The notes below the pieces were generated by a model. It saw only the letters and a program-made list of their open reading frames with translations, made no database searches and was not told where the DNA came from. The translations under genes were made by a program, and so were the position numbers. A stretch of DNA of 64,000 nt from Candidatus Heimdallarchaeum aukensis. Its GTDB lineage: Archaea > Asgardarchaeota > Heimdallarchaeia > Heimdallarchaeales > Heimdallarchaeaceae. The stretch is from positions 1,856,001-1,920,000 of the forward strand of contig CP084166.1 of assembly GCA_021513695.1 (NCBI GenBank), in the 5' to 3' direction. Of this stretch, positions 8,904 to 19,274 are shown one piece after another; positions within the stretch are counted from its first letter, which is position 1; each line of letters opens with the position of its first letter.

Positions 8904-9518
8904 TTACAATCTAACGAAAGTTCTACTCTTGCATTCCGGACAACCATTTATTGTACATTTATCACAAAGAAAAATCCCACACTTGGAACATTTTTTTATT
9001 GCTTTATTTTTTCTACACTTGAAACATTTTTTAATCAGAAACCTTTTCCATAATTTATATATTAAATAAAGCAACACAAATGCTAATCCAAGTCCTAAAA
9101 TAACTTTAAGTATAATTAATAACACATTTCCAGCACTAGGTCCAGTATGATCAGGAGTCGCATCTAGTGTTATTCTTAAGATTTTTACATTTTTGTATTC
9201 AAAGTAGCTCACAGAGCCATTTGTTTGAGTTACATACCAAGAAATAGAGGATTTTGTTTCTCCTACCTTCATCCCTACTAGTTCACTAACAAAATTATAA
9301 TTTGTAATATCCTCGTCAATTGCTACTTCTAAAGGGTAGTCTTCACTATATACGGTTTTTAATTTGCCATCTATATATCGTTCACAAGCAACCTCTACAC
9401 GGTCGCCCCATTCTATCCCTAGTTTTTTGTCATAAGCATCTACAGGTATAGTTAAAGAAAGGAATAAACTAATAACAATAAGAAAAAATGCTAAGTTTTT
9501 AGCTCTAGCTCTACTCAT
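8904..9518 (-). CDS. Membrane-anchored FKBP-type peptidyl-prolyl isomerase domain protein with a C-terminal cytoplasmic zinc ribbon (paralog 2)
   Basis: N-terminal signal/anchor, then an FKBP-like segment GDRVEVACERYIDGK...ELVGMKVGETK, a TM helix, a basic stretch and the cysteine cluster CFKCRKNKAIKKCSKCGIFLCDKCTINGCPECK. Confidence 0.55.
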   Translation of the reverse strand: MSRARAKNLAFFLIVISLFLSLTIPVDAYDKKLGIEWGDRVEVACERYIDGKLKTVYSEDYPLEVAIDEDITNYNFVSELVGMKVGETKSSISWYVTQTNGSVSYFEYKNVKILRITLDATPDHTGPSAGNVLLIILKVILGLGLAFVLLYLIYKLWKRFLIKKCFKCRKNKAIKKCSKCGIFLCDKCTINGCPECKSRTFVRL

Positions 9519-9562
9519 CGGTTTTCTGTTAGTGGTTTAGTTTAAAAGAATTTCTAAGAAGT

Positions 9563-10192
9563 CTATTTTTTAAATCGAACTAAGGTTCTTCCATTGCAAC
9601 TTGGACAACCATTTCGGAAACAGTGAATGCAATAACTTTGTCCACACTTACTACATTTGCCTATAGCCTTCTTATTACAAATAGAACATTTTTTGAAAAA
9701 CAATTTAGGATAAACTTTAAAGCCGCAATAAATTAAGACCAAAGACCCCCCGATACCAGATAAGACTATTATAAACTTAAGGAAGTTAAAGTTTCCAGAT
9801 GGAGAAGAAGTTGTTGAAGAAACACCTTCAACACCATAGATTTCAACATTCTGATAATGTAACAATTTACCAGCTAAATAACCATAGTCTGGGTCTGAAG
9901 CATCGAAACCTTCTTCTGGAGGAACATCAAAATTTCGTTTTTCACCAATTTTCATTCCAAGCATTCTGGTGTACAATCCAATAGGCTTAATGTTATTTTC
10001 ATTAAACAATATCTTTTTTGGTATAGAACTATCATAATATTCAATAGTCTTCCCATCAACAAGTAAGTGGTAACCAAATGATACTAAATCGTTATCCTGA
10101 ATTCCATTATCATAACTGTGTATTGGTGTAACAAAAATAACAGGTAAGAATAGAATAGTAAATATCAAGAGCTTATTCAGACATCTCATCAT
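9563..10192 (-). CDS. Membrane-anchored FKBP-type PPIase domain protein with a C-terminal zinc ribbon (paralog 1)
   Basis: Same architecture as the 8904..9518 gene. FKBP-like motif LVDGKTIEYYDSS...MLGMKIGEKRNFDVPPEEGF, a TM helix, then CSICNKKAIGKCSKCGQSYCIHCFRNGCPSCNG. Confidence 0.55.
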   Translation of the reverse strand: MMRCLNKLLIFTILFLPVIFVTPIHSYDNGIQDNDLVSFGYHLLVDGKTIEYYDSSIPKKILFNENNIKPIGLYTRMLGMKIGEKRNFDVPPEEGFDASDPDYGYLAGKLLHYQNVEIYGVEGVSSTTSSPSGNFNFLKFIIVLSGIGGSLVLIYCGFKVYPKLFFKKCSICNKKAIGKCSKCGQSYCIHCFRNGCPSCNGRTLVRFKK

Positions 10193-10411
10193 TTTTCCAA
10201 AAATAAAATTAAATTAAAAAGATATCGAAAATAGTTCCCTACTAATAAAATTGTAACAATCAAATGGATTCAAATATTTCTTCTAAAAAGACACGATGCT
10301 TTAAGGAGACCTAAACAACAAGGTTTTTCAGTCAACAGAATACCCATCTAAAAAGGTCCTTATTGCTCTGACATAGATAATAACTTTTAAACATAAAAAA
10401 AGAAAAAGGAT

Positions 10412-12322
10412 TTATTTTTTAGAGAATAGGAAGGTTACAGCTCCGATTACGGACATAAGTATTAACCCACCACCAACCCAGACCCAAACAGGGATTGGAG
10501 GTTTGTATTCTATATTATTTTGGACTCTATTTCCACTAAAATTAGAAGTTTCGGCATCAAATGAAAGTGAATATAACCCCCCTTTCACTCCTTTCAATAG
10601 AATTTCACCGCCCCATCCAGCATATTTCTCTTCATTGAAAGTAAGATTATAGTAGTATGTTCCTTTCTCCCCACTCAATGTTACTGTTACAAAATCAGCT
10701 CCATTAGCATCATTAATCTCAGTTTGATTATAAAATATAATATCTAAGTCACTTATAAGAAGCGTTCTTCCGTCAAATGAAATTATTGGTTTATCCAATC
10801 TTAATTTGAAATGTTCTAAGGTTTCAACTAACACACTAGCTTGAGGACCCAAACCAAATGGATCACCATAAACAGTTGGATAATCCTCGTCAACATAAGC
10901 CAAGCAGAACAATATTTTCCTTACTTCTTTTTCTGGTTCAACATAAAATTGTTCTTTTGTTGTCTCATAAATTTCATAATCAATTAGTGTGTCATCTTTA
11001 GAAAAATACAAAGTTACAATGCCTAATCTTTTTTTATCTTTATTATTTATTCTAACATCCATAAACCGGTTAAGCAGATTTATTTCAAATGTGTAAAAAC
11101 CATAATATGGTACATCTATTGTAGAGGATATCTCTGTATAAGTTATTGTTACTGGTTCGATAGTGAATGTAATATCTGTAAATCCAAATGTTCCATTAGC
11201 AAGGTCGGGTCTATCTATTAATAAAGCTACATGCCAGTTGTAGAAAAAGTCGTTAAATGTTTCGCCTTTATCTTTTAATTCATCATTTATGGATTCTTGG
11301 ACAGGTCTAGTGTCATTAACAAATTTTCTGATTATATCAGGACCAAATTGCTCGTAAACATAAAAAACAAAAAGATAGGCTCCACCATAATCAATTCGTA
11401 CATCACGGTTTCCCTCAGAATAATAATTCCAATAAATTAAAGAATCATCTGAATGTTCTTTAAAGTAATTTTCACTCCAATAAGAAACTCCTTCATAACC
11501 ACCAGGCATTCTTCCAGTTATATACTCTGAAAATACTGCACATCCTTCATCGAACCAGCGCATTTCATCCTGATCATGGTTGTAATGAATTAAGTGTTGA
11601 AACTCATGTGCCAAGGTATCAGTGTAATCTGCGATACCACCAATAAATATCATTTCCCATTCATTAGATTTCAAATAGGAGTATCCTTGTGCATCTAGTT
11701 CCTCTTGTGTATGCTCATTAATTCCCCAGAAATACCCAGCATAATTTGAGGGAAGGTAAGTATGAAGAATGATTAATCTTCCATCACCTATGTTCCCCAA
11801 ATTACCCTCCATATCTCCAAAAAAATCATATTCTATAGGGTAGATTTTACTTTCGAATATACTTTTTTCGCTTGTTATTAGATTATTTACAGCATTTACC
11901 CCATATTCATTAATCATATCAATTTCTACAAAATAGTATGCATGCTCTGAAATGGCAACAACTTTGGCTTCTGCAATTCTAAAACTAATTGTATTTCCGC
12001 CTTCTTCTACGTAAAAACTTTTAGTATCTCCTACATTGAAAGATAGACTATAACTCGTAGTCTTTTTTACTTCTGAACGTGATATATGCTTAGTATTTTC
12101 AATGATTTCTTTTGGAACACTATGAGTAAGCACAATTTCATTTTGAGGAGAATCTTGAAAATAGTTTACTGTTTCAGCTTTAATTTTTGTATTCATTTCT
12201 TTTTCTGTATTAGAAGTATAACTAGAATCCGCAAACAACGAATTTGGTATAAAAAATTGTGATAGAATAATAATAACAAATATTTTAGTCAATAGTTTAT
12301 ATTTTTTAAAAACAGATGTCAT
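10412..12322 (-). CDS. Secreted zinc metallopeptidase (HExxH gluzincin-like) with a C-terminal transmembrane anchor
   Basis: 636 aa. N-terminal signal peptide, HEFQHLIHYNHDQDE...E zinc-binding motif, and a C-terminal hydrophobic helix followed by KK. Confidence 0.5.
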   Translation of the reverse strand: MTSVFKKYKLLTKIFVIIILSQFFIPNSLFADSSYTSNTEKEMNTKIKAETVNYFQDSPQNEIVLTHSVPKEIIENTKHISRSEVKKTTSYSLSFNVGDTKSFYVEEGGNTISFRIAEAKVVAISEHAYYFVEIDMINEYGVNAVNNLITSEKSIFESKIYPIEYDFFGDMEGNLGNIGDGRLIILHTYLPSNYAGYFWGINEHTQEELDAQGYSYLKSNEWEMIFIGGIADYTDTLAHEFQHLIHYNHDQDEMRWFDEGCAVFSEYITGRMPGGYEGVSYWSENYFKEHSDDSLIYWNYYSEGNRDVRIDYGGAYLFVFYVYEQFGPDIIRKFVNDTRPVQESINDELKDKGETFNDFFYNWHVALLIDRPDLANGTFGFTDITFTIEPVTITYTEISSTIDVPYYGFYTFEINLLNRFMDVRINNKDKKRLGIVTLYFSKDDTLIDYEIYETTKEQFYVEPEKEVRKILFCLAYVDEDYPTVYGDPFGLGPQASVLVETLEHFKLRLDKPIISFDGRTLLISDLDIIFYNQTEINDANGADFVTVTLSGEKGTYYYNLTFNEEKYAGWGGEILLKGVKGGLYSLSFDAETSNFSGNRVQNNIEYKPPIPVWVWVGGGLILMSVIGAVTFLFSKK

Positions 12323-12513
12323 TAAACTCTTTGCGCTATTATTATATATAAATTGTTACATATTTTAAGATTATTAGCGTGCAGATAATATTTTAGAGGA
12401 TAAATGGATATTTTTATTGGTTAAAAATCAAAAGCTTTTTATCAATTAGCAAATCAAGATAATTAAGGTTATTACACTAGTGTAAAGATTCAAAGTTTTT
12501 TTGGAGAATAGAA

Positions 12514-15204
12514 ATGTCGTCGGAAGGATATAAAATTATATCTGGTGTCCAATTTGGACTTTTAGATCCAGATACAATTCGCAAGTTGTCTGCAGAACGT
12601 ATTATTACCCCCGATACATATGACGCTGATGGTAGTCCTATTGATTCTGGATTGATGGATGGAAAATTAGGAACTATTGACCCAGGACAAAGATGTAAAA
12701 CATGTGGAGCTAGAATCGGAAGTTGTCCTGGTCACTTTGGCCACATTGAGTTATCTAGACCAGTAATACACGTAGGATTTAATAAATTAATATACAAAAT
12801 TTTACGAGCGTCTTGCCGTAATCCAGAGTGTCATAGAATTTTATTGGATCCAAGTGAAATCGCAGAAGCGAGAGAGAAACTTGCAGAATATAGAGAGCAA
12901 TGGGGAGAAGAAGATTACGAATTAATTGAGGAATTAATGAAACGTGCTGCTAAAAAAAATGTTTGCCCATATTGTGGAGAAAAACAGCATAAAATAAGAT
13001 TAGAAAAACCAACTACTTATTTTGAAGAAGTAGAGATAGAAAACGGGCAAAAGCAATTAAATAAATTAAGCCCTACAGATATTCATTCATGGTTTAAAGG
13101 TCTTAGTGATGAAGATTGTGAATTATTTGGAATAAATCCAAAATATGCGAGACCTGAATGGATGATTCTCGAAGTATTACCTGTTCCTCCTGTCAGCGTT
13201 AGACCTAGTATTACATTAGAAAATGGTATTCGTTCAGAGGATGACTTGACACACAAACTCGTTGATATAATTAGAATTAATCAAAGGCTCTTAGAGAATA
13301 GAGAAGCTGGTGCACCACAACTTATAGTTGAAGATTTATGGGAACTTCTACAATACCATGTTAGTACATACTTTGATAACGAAATTAGCGGTATTCCCCC
13401 TGCAAGACATAGAAGTGGGAGAGCACTAAGAACACTCACACAAAGATTAAAAGGAAAAGAAGGTAGATTTCGTTCAAATTTGAGTGGAAAACGTGTAGAT
13501 TTTTCCGCAAGAACCGTAATTAGTCCTGACCCATTATTATCAATAAATGAGGTTGGTGTTCCAAAAGATATAGCAGAAATACTTACAGTACCTCAAAGGG
13601 TAACAGAGTGGAACATCGAAGAAATGAAAGAACTAGTCCTTAAGGGGCCAAAATCATTTCCAGGAGCAAATTACATAATCCGCCCTGATGGTCGAAGAGT
13701 TGACCTTAGATACGCACGAAATTTACAAGCAGCAGCAGATAGTATAAAACCAGAGTTTATTATTGAACGCCACTTAAGAGACGGAGATATTGTCCTCTTT
13801 AATCGACAACCAAGCTTACACAGAATGAGTATTATGGCCCATGAAGTAAAAGTAGTTCCATATAAAACATTTAGATTAACTCTTCCAGTTTGTAGGCCTT
13901 ATAATGCTGATTTTGACGGAGACGAGATGAATCTTCACGTCCCTCAAAGTGAAGAAGCACAAGCAGAAGCGAGAATTTTAATGCGTGTTCAAGAACAAAT
14001 AAGTACTCCACGATATGGAGGACCAATCATTGGAGCAATCCAGGATTTCATTACAAGCGCATATTTCCTTACAAGAAAAGACGCGAAATACACCAGAAGT
14101 GAAGTATCACAACTTATAACGGCAGCAGGTTTAGAAAAACTTCCAAAACCAGATCTGAAAAGCGAAGACGGAAAAGATCTTTGGAGTGGAAAAGCATTAT
14201 TCAGTGCACTATTACCTGAAGATTTCAACTTCACAATGAAAAACAAACTTTGTGAGGAACACGAGACTTGTATGAAACAAAAATGTCCTAATGAAGCATA
14301 TATATTTATTAAAAATGGCCAGCTCAAATCAGGAATTATTGACAAAAAAGCTTTTGGTGCAGAAGTTCCAGATAGCGTCCTACACAGAATTCTGAAAGAA
14401 TATGGAGCAGATATTACTAGAAAGTTCTTAGATAATGTTACGAGGTTATTGATCACAAATATTACATTACGTGGATTTAGTATGAGTGCAAGCAATGTTG
14501 ACATTCCAGCAAAAGCAGAAAAACAAATAGAAAAAATACTAAAGAAAGCAAAGGAAGAAGTAAATAAACTAATAGAACAATACAAAAATGGAACCTTAGA
14601 AAGACAACCAGGACGTACTGAAGAAGAAACATTGGAAGCAAAAATAATGGAAACACTATCAAAGGCAAGAGATGATAGTTCAAAGGTCAGTTCACAATAT
14701 TTAGATCCAGATAATGAAGCTCTAATTATGGCTAAAACGGGTGCAAGAGGAAATATGCTAAACTTGGGACAAATGAGTGCATGTGTCGGACAGCAAGCAG
14801 TAAGAGGACAACGAATAGTAAGAGGGTACAGAAACAGAGTTTTACCTTTTTTCAAGAAGGATGATTTATCTGCTGAAGCTCATGGATTCGTTGATAGTAG
14901 CTTTAGAAAAGGATTAAACCCAATTGAATTCTTTATGCACGCCTGTGGAGGAAGAGAAGGTTTAGTAGATACTGCAGTAAGAACATCACAAAGTGGGTAC
15001 ATGCAAAGAAGGTTGGTAAACGCACTACAAGATATTTCATCTTGCTATGATAATACTGTCCGAAATGCTACCGGGGAAATTGTCCAATTTACCTATGGAG
15101 AAGATAATGTAGACCCTGCAAAAAGTGATCATGGAAAAGCTGTAAACGTTAAGTTGATTGTAAACAAAATTTTAGAGACTTTCAGCGAGGAAGGAGAAGA
15201 ATAA
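12514..15204 (+). CDS. rpoA1: DNA-directed RNA polymerase subunit A' (Rpo1N)
   Basis: 896 aa with zinc-binding Cys motifs, the NADFDGDEMN catalytic motif and an Rpo1N-typical N-terminus. Confidence 0.95.
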   Translation: MSSEGYKIISGVQFGLLDPDTIRKLSAERIITPDTYDADGSPIDSGLMDGKLGTIDPGQRCKTCGARIGSCPGHFGHIELSRPVIHVGFNKLIYKILRASCRNPECHRILLDPSEIAEAREKLAEYREQWGEEDYELIEELMKRAAKKNVCPYCGEKQHKIRLEKPTTYFEEVEIENGQKQLNKLSPTDIHSWFKGLSDEDCELFGINPKYARPEWMILEVLPVPPVSVRPSITLENGIRSEDDLTHKLVDIIRINQRLLENREAGAPQLIVEDLWELLQYHVSTYFDNEISGIPPARHRSGRALRTLTQRLKGKEGRFRSNLSGKRVDFSARTVISPDPLLSINEVGVPKDIAEILTVPQRVTEWNIEEMKELVLKGPKSFPGANYIIRPDGRRVDLRYARNLQAAADSIKPEFIIERHLRDGDIVLFNRQPSLHRMSIMAHEVKVVPYKTFRLTLPVCRPYNADFDGDEMNLHVPQSEEAQAEARILMRVQEQISTPRYGGPIIGAIQDFITSAYFLTRKDAKYTRSEVSQLITAAGLEKLPKPDLKSEDGKDLWSGKALFSALLPEDFNFTMKNKLCEEHETCMKQKCPNEAYIFIKNGQLKSGIIDKKAFGAEVPDSVLHRILKEYGADITRKFLDNVTRLLITNITLRGFSMSASNVDIPAKAEKQIEKILKKAKEEVNKLIEQYKNGTLERQPGRTEEETLEAKIMETLSKARDDSSKVSSQYLDPDNEALIMAKTGARGNMLNLGQMSACVGQQAVRGQRIVRGYRNRVLPFFKKDDLSAEAHGFVDSSFRKGLNPIEFFMHACGGREGLVDTAVRTSQSGYMQRRLVNALQDISSCYDNTVRNATGEIVQFTYGEDNVDPAKSDHGKAVNVKLIVNKILETFSEEGEE

Positions 15205-15208
15205 CGAG

Positions 15209-17983
15209 GTGAAAAAAGTGGCTAACTATCTTACAACAAGACAAATTAGTAATAAATTAAGAAAGTTGAAAGAAGAAGGAATTCCTCAGACAATTGTTGA
15301 TGAATTAAAAGAAGAATTGAAAGGAAAAAACGTAACTCAAAAACAGATGGATCTTATAATAAAAGAGATAGTTAAGAGTTATGAATTTGCGCAAATTGAC
15401 CCAGGTAGCGCAGTAGGAACAGTAGCAGCACAATCTATAGGCGAACCAGGAACACAAATGAGTATTCCAGGTAATGAGAAAGTAGTTGTAAAAATTGGAA
15501 GTAAAACAGAAATTATAGAAATCGGAGAGTTTATTGACAATTTATTAGAAAAAAATGAAGGTTATTTAATAGAAAATGAAACAGAGACAGTTGTTTATGA
15601 TCTACCAAATAATAGTGATATCTATGTTTTAGGGATAAACAATAAAGAAAAAATAGTATGGCAAAGAATTCTACAAATAAGTAGGCATTTGCCTAATGGG
15701 AGCCTATTAAGAATAAAAACAAAATCAGGTAGAACAATTACCGCTACATTTTCTCATTCGTTTGTTATACGAAAAGATAATGAGATTGTGCCAGTAAAAG
15801 GAAAAGAATTGCAGTTAGGAGACAGATTACCTATCGTCTTATCTATTCCATCTATGACGCCAATAACAGAGTTATCAGTAAGTGAATATTTACCAAAAGA
15901 GGAAATATGGCATAACCCAGATTTAGCTATAACAATACCAATCAGAGAAGAATATGGAGGAAATCGTTACAACGAACATACAACATCAATAAAACAAGAT
16001 GATTCGTATGAAATCATTAAAATAGAGAAAATTGAAGAGGAAGATTCTTTTTATCCTAGAATTTATCAAAATAATAAAGCACTCATTCCTGAGAAAATTC
16101 CTCTCACAGATGATTTTGCATGGTTTATTGGTGCATATCTAGCAGAAGGGAGTAACACTGGTACAAGAATTTCCATTTCAAATATCAACTATGATTACCT
16201 TAAAAAAGTTGGAAAGTTTGCGGAGTGGCTAAATATTTCAACAGCAACAACAAGCAAAAATGAAGAATTTGGATCTAGTTTAAGTATCCATCTTAACTCA
16301 ATGCTTCTCGCAAAGTTGATGAAAAGAATGTGTGGAAAAGGCCCAGAAACTAAATTTGTTCCAGGATGGACAATCAATACAAAAACGGAATTTATTGGAC
16401 ACTTGCTTCGAGGATTTTTCGATGGAAATGCAACTATTAGTACAGAAAAAGGTGTAATCATAGCTCGTTCTAAATCCAAAGAATTACGCGATGGAATATG
16501 TCTTTTACTATCAAGGTTAGGAATTTTTGCTAAAAAAAGTAACCAAGGAAATAGTTACATATTAACCATTCCTGGAAAATATGCGGAGATATTCCATTCA
16601 AAAATTGGTTCTGACATTGATTATAAAGAAAAATCACTGCTTCAACTTATAGAAATTGAAAAATCAAAACAAAAGACAGATGACTCTGTGGATATAATAC
16701 CAGGATTAGGAACCATCTTTGAGGATATAAAAGAAAAACTAGACTTAAGCCCACAAGTAATTTCTATTGCAAGCAACAAACAAGCCATTGGAAGACAAGC
16801 ATGTGCTCAATATATCAAAATGTTTTCTGAAATTGCTGTGAAGAAAGGAATTAATATAGATAATGAGCTTATGACCTTAAATCAAGCATATAATAGTGAC
16901 GTATTATGGGATGAAATTATAAGTTTAGAGAAAATCGATTCTCCTACACCTTATGTCTATGATTTTGGGGTTTCAGAACTTGAAACATTTATGACTGCAG
17001 AAGGAATAATAACTCATAACACCTTACAGACTTTCCATTACTCTGGTGTTGCAGAGATGTCTGTTCTTCGAGGTTTACCAAGATTAATAGAAATCGTTGA
17101 CGCTAGAAAAAATCCTAGTACTCCAACTATGAGAATTCATTTAGATAAAATAGGAGAAAAGGATGAACAAATAGCTAAACAAGTCGCTAGAAGAATTGAG
17201 TTAACTACTGTTAGCAATGTAGCAACTAGTATTAAGCACAGTTTTGCAGAAGGATGCATAAAGATCAAATTGGAACCAGTTTTACTAGAAGATAAAGGTA
17301 TTGAGCCTGAGACCATCGTCAAAAAGATCCAGAAGAAAAGAAGGCGTATTAAAGTAGAAATAGACCCCAACGATGAATATACTATTATTGTAACCCCAAC
17401 AAAAGAACTTAAGTTCAATGAATTACCAAAACTTGCAGAAAAGGTAAAGGACATACCTATTAAAGGATTAAAAAATATTACTAGAGTAGTAGTTCTTAAA
17501 AACAAACAAGGAGAGTATTATCTTCAAAGTGAAGGGAGTAATTTCAGTGAATTACTGCGAATACCGGGAGTCGATCCAACTAGATGCTATAGCAGTGACA
17601 TAAATCAAATTGCAGAAACCCTAGGGATTGAAGCAGCAAGAAATGCGCTCATACAAGAATCTTTAGCAGTTATGAAAGAACAGGGATTAGACGTAGATAA
17701 AAGACATGTTATGCTTGTTGCAGATCTTATGACATTGGTTGGAGAAGTACAGCAAATTGGACGACATGGTGTTTCAGGAAAGAAAAGCTCTGTTTTTGCT
17801 AGAGCAGCTTTTGAAGTAACCGTGAAACATTTGTTAGAAGCCGCAATCCATGGGGAACATGAACCTTTAGAAGGAATTACAGAAAATGTTATAATTGGAC
17901 AAACAATTGCATTAGGAACAGGAATTGTGGATCTTACTATGAGTCCAAATTATAGAGAGTTTGCCAAAGAAGAAGAAAACTAA
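15209..17983 (+). CDS. rpoA2: DNA-directed RNA polymerase subunit A'' (Rpo1C), intein-containing precursor
   Basis: 924 aa. The extein AAQSIGEPGTQM | TLQTFHYSGVAEMSVLRGLPRLIEI is interrupted by a 520-aa insert. The conserved C-terminal A'' sequence is present. Confidence 0.9.
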   Translation: MKKVANYLTTRQISNKLRKLKEEGIPQTIVDELKEELKGKNVTQKQMDLIIKEIVKSYEFAQIDPGSAVGTVAAQSIGEPGTQMSIPGNEKVVVKIGSKTEIIEIGEFIDNLLEKNEGYLIENETETVVYDLPNNSDIYVLGINNKEKIVWQRILQISRHLPNGSLLRIKTKSGRTITATFSHSFVIRKDNEIVPVKGKELQLGDRLPIVLSIPSMTPITELSVSEYLPKEEIWHNPDLAITIPIREEYGGNRYNEHTTSIKQDDSYEIIKIEKIEEEDSFYPRIYQNNKALIPEKIPLTDDFAWFIGAYLAEGSNTGTRISISNINYDYLKKVGKFAEWLNISTATTSKNEEFGSSLSIHLNSMLLAKLMKRMCGKGPETKFVPGWTINTKTEFIGHLLRGFFDGNATISTEKGVIIARSKSKELRDGICLLLSRLGIFAKKSNQGNSYILTIPGKYAEIFHSKIGSDIDYKEKSLLQLIEIEKSKQKTDDSVDIIPGLGTIFEDIKEKLDLSPQVISIASNKQAIGRQACAQYIKMFSEIAVKKGINIDNELMTLNQAYNSDVLWDEIISLEKIDSPTPYVYDFGVSELETFMTAEGIITHNTLQTFHYSGVAEMSVLRGLPRLIEIVDARKNPSTPTMRIHLDKIGEKDEQIAKQVARRIELTTVSNVATSIKHSFAEGCIKIKLEPVLLEDKGIEPETIVKKIQKKRRRIKVEIDPNDEYTIIVTPTKELKFNELPKLAEKVKDIPIKGLKNITRVVVLKNKQGEYYLQSEGSNFSELLRIPGVDPTRCYSSDINQIAETLGIEAARNALIQESLAVMKEQGLDVDKRHVMLVADLMTLVGEVQQIGRHGVSGKKSSVFARAAFEVTVKHLLEAAIHGEHEPLEGITENVIIGQTIALGTGIVDLTMSPNYREFAKEEEN
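15461..17020 (+). mobile_element. Intein with a LAGLIDADG homing-endonuclease domain inside rpoA''
   Basis: The insert begins with Ser right after GEPGTQM and ends ...GIITHN followed by extein Thr. It contains the LAGLIDADG-like blocks WFIGAYLAEGS and LRGFFDGNAT. Confidence 0.8.
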
Positions 17984-18711
17984 TCCTCTCTCTTTTTTAA
18001 ATTTTTAAAGTGAACATGTGTTGGAACATGAACAAAGATATAGTCTTTGGCTAATTCACTCAATTTTTTCGCTTCAAACAGAGTTAAGTGGTAATCTTCT
18101 TTTTTTTCAATGAATGTTGTTTCTATCAAAGCAAGGTCAATATCCTTGACAAGTTTTTCTAGTTGATCAAAATATCCAGTATCTCCTGTATATAAGATCG
18201 TTTCTTTGTTTTTTGATATTTTATATCCAACAGCACTCATTTTTTTTCCAGCTGGACTTAAAGAGCTTCTATGCTGCACTAAAAAAGGAGTTATAACAAA
18301 AGGTCCGAATTTAAGAGAAATGTCCTTTGCTTCGACAAAATTTATTTCAAAAGTTTGATGTTGCTTATGGTATTCTGTAAACACATTAATCATATTTTTA
18401 AGATTGGAGTTATCAGGAGGTGAAATGATATTGAGAGTTTTATTTCGTTTCACTAATCTAAAAATAGAGAGTAATGAAAATATACCTCCAACATGATCAA
18501 AATGGCCGTGGGTTATTGCAATAGTACTTATTTTCTCAAAAATTTGTCCTGGTAACTCTAATAGGTCTCTAACTATTCCATCTCCAGCATCAACTAAAAG
18601 AAAACTGTCTTCACCTCTACTCTGTATAAGTATTTGTGATGCAACTCCAGCAACAGAAAAAAGAACTTTTACATTGAATTCTTTTCCAACCCAATCCCAA
18701 TTAACACTCAT
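17980..18711 (-). CDS. Metallo-beta-lactamase fold hydrolase
   Basis: 243 aa with the AITHGHFDHVGG motif (HxHxDH) and downstream His/Asp ligands. Confidence 0.65.
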   Translation of the reverse strand: MSVNWDWVGKEFNVKVLFSVAGVASQILIQSRGEDSFLLVDAGDGIVRDLLELPGQIFEKISTIAITHGHFDHVGGIFSLLSIFRLVKRNKTLNIISPPDNSNLKNMINVFTEYHKQHQTFEINFVEAKDISLKFGPFVITPFLVQHRSSLSPAGKKMSAVGYKISKNKETILYTGDTGYFDQLEKLVKDIDLALIETTFIEKKEDYHLTLFEAKKLSELAKDYIFVHVPTHVHFKNLKKRED

Positions 18712-18900
18712 AAAAAAAGTGAATATATTAATTCATATATACTTTTTTAATTATTGATTTTTGTCAAAGCAAGTCTGACAGCGATTTTTATTGCTTCAAT
18801 AGATTTTACATTGAAACTCAGTTATAATATTCATCCTTCTATATTTATCTCAACAGTTTTCCTAACAATATGTTTTTAATAAATATGAAATTAGTTTCTT

Positions 18901-19230
18901 GTGTCAATCTCTAGTTTTCAAAAAAGATTTACGTATGTTGAAAAACAAATAAATGAAATTTCTACTATAGGAAACTACTGTATTGTAGGAGAGATATCAA
19001 AAATTGAAGACAATGGATTCCAATTATCCGATGAGACTGGAGAAATTTCAGTAAAATACCCTGAAGGATTTGTCCATGAGAATTTAAAAGAGGGAAATTT
19101 TGTCCGTATCTTCGGAAAAATAGAAGGAGAGCTAAACATTATTAAAAGTGATATAATACAAGAACTTCATGAGCTTGATTTAAATTTATACAGGAAAATG
19201 AGAATTATTGAAAAATCATTAGTCGAGTAA
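18901..19230 (+). CDS. Hypothetical small protein (possible OB-fold)
   Basis: 109-aa ORF with a probable GTG start. No recognisable motif; low confidence that it is a gene. Confidence 0.25.
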   Translation: MSISSFQKRFTYVEKQINEISTIGNYCIVGEISKIEDNGFQLSDETGEISVKYPEGFVHENLKEGNFVRIFGKIEGELNIIKSDIIQELHELDLNLYRKMRIIEKSLVE

Positions 19231-19274
19231 AAAAAAGAAGTATATCGAACTATATGTTTGTGATAAACTTAAAT

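Noticed and set aside
13989-14855. 288-aa ORF antisense to rpoA'
   Set aside because: It lies fully inside the highly conserved rpoA' coding region on the opposite strand. The product is low-complexity Ser/Phe/Leu-rich with no motif. It is the kind of long antisense ORF expected from AT-rich codon usage.
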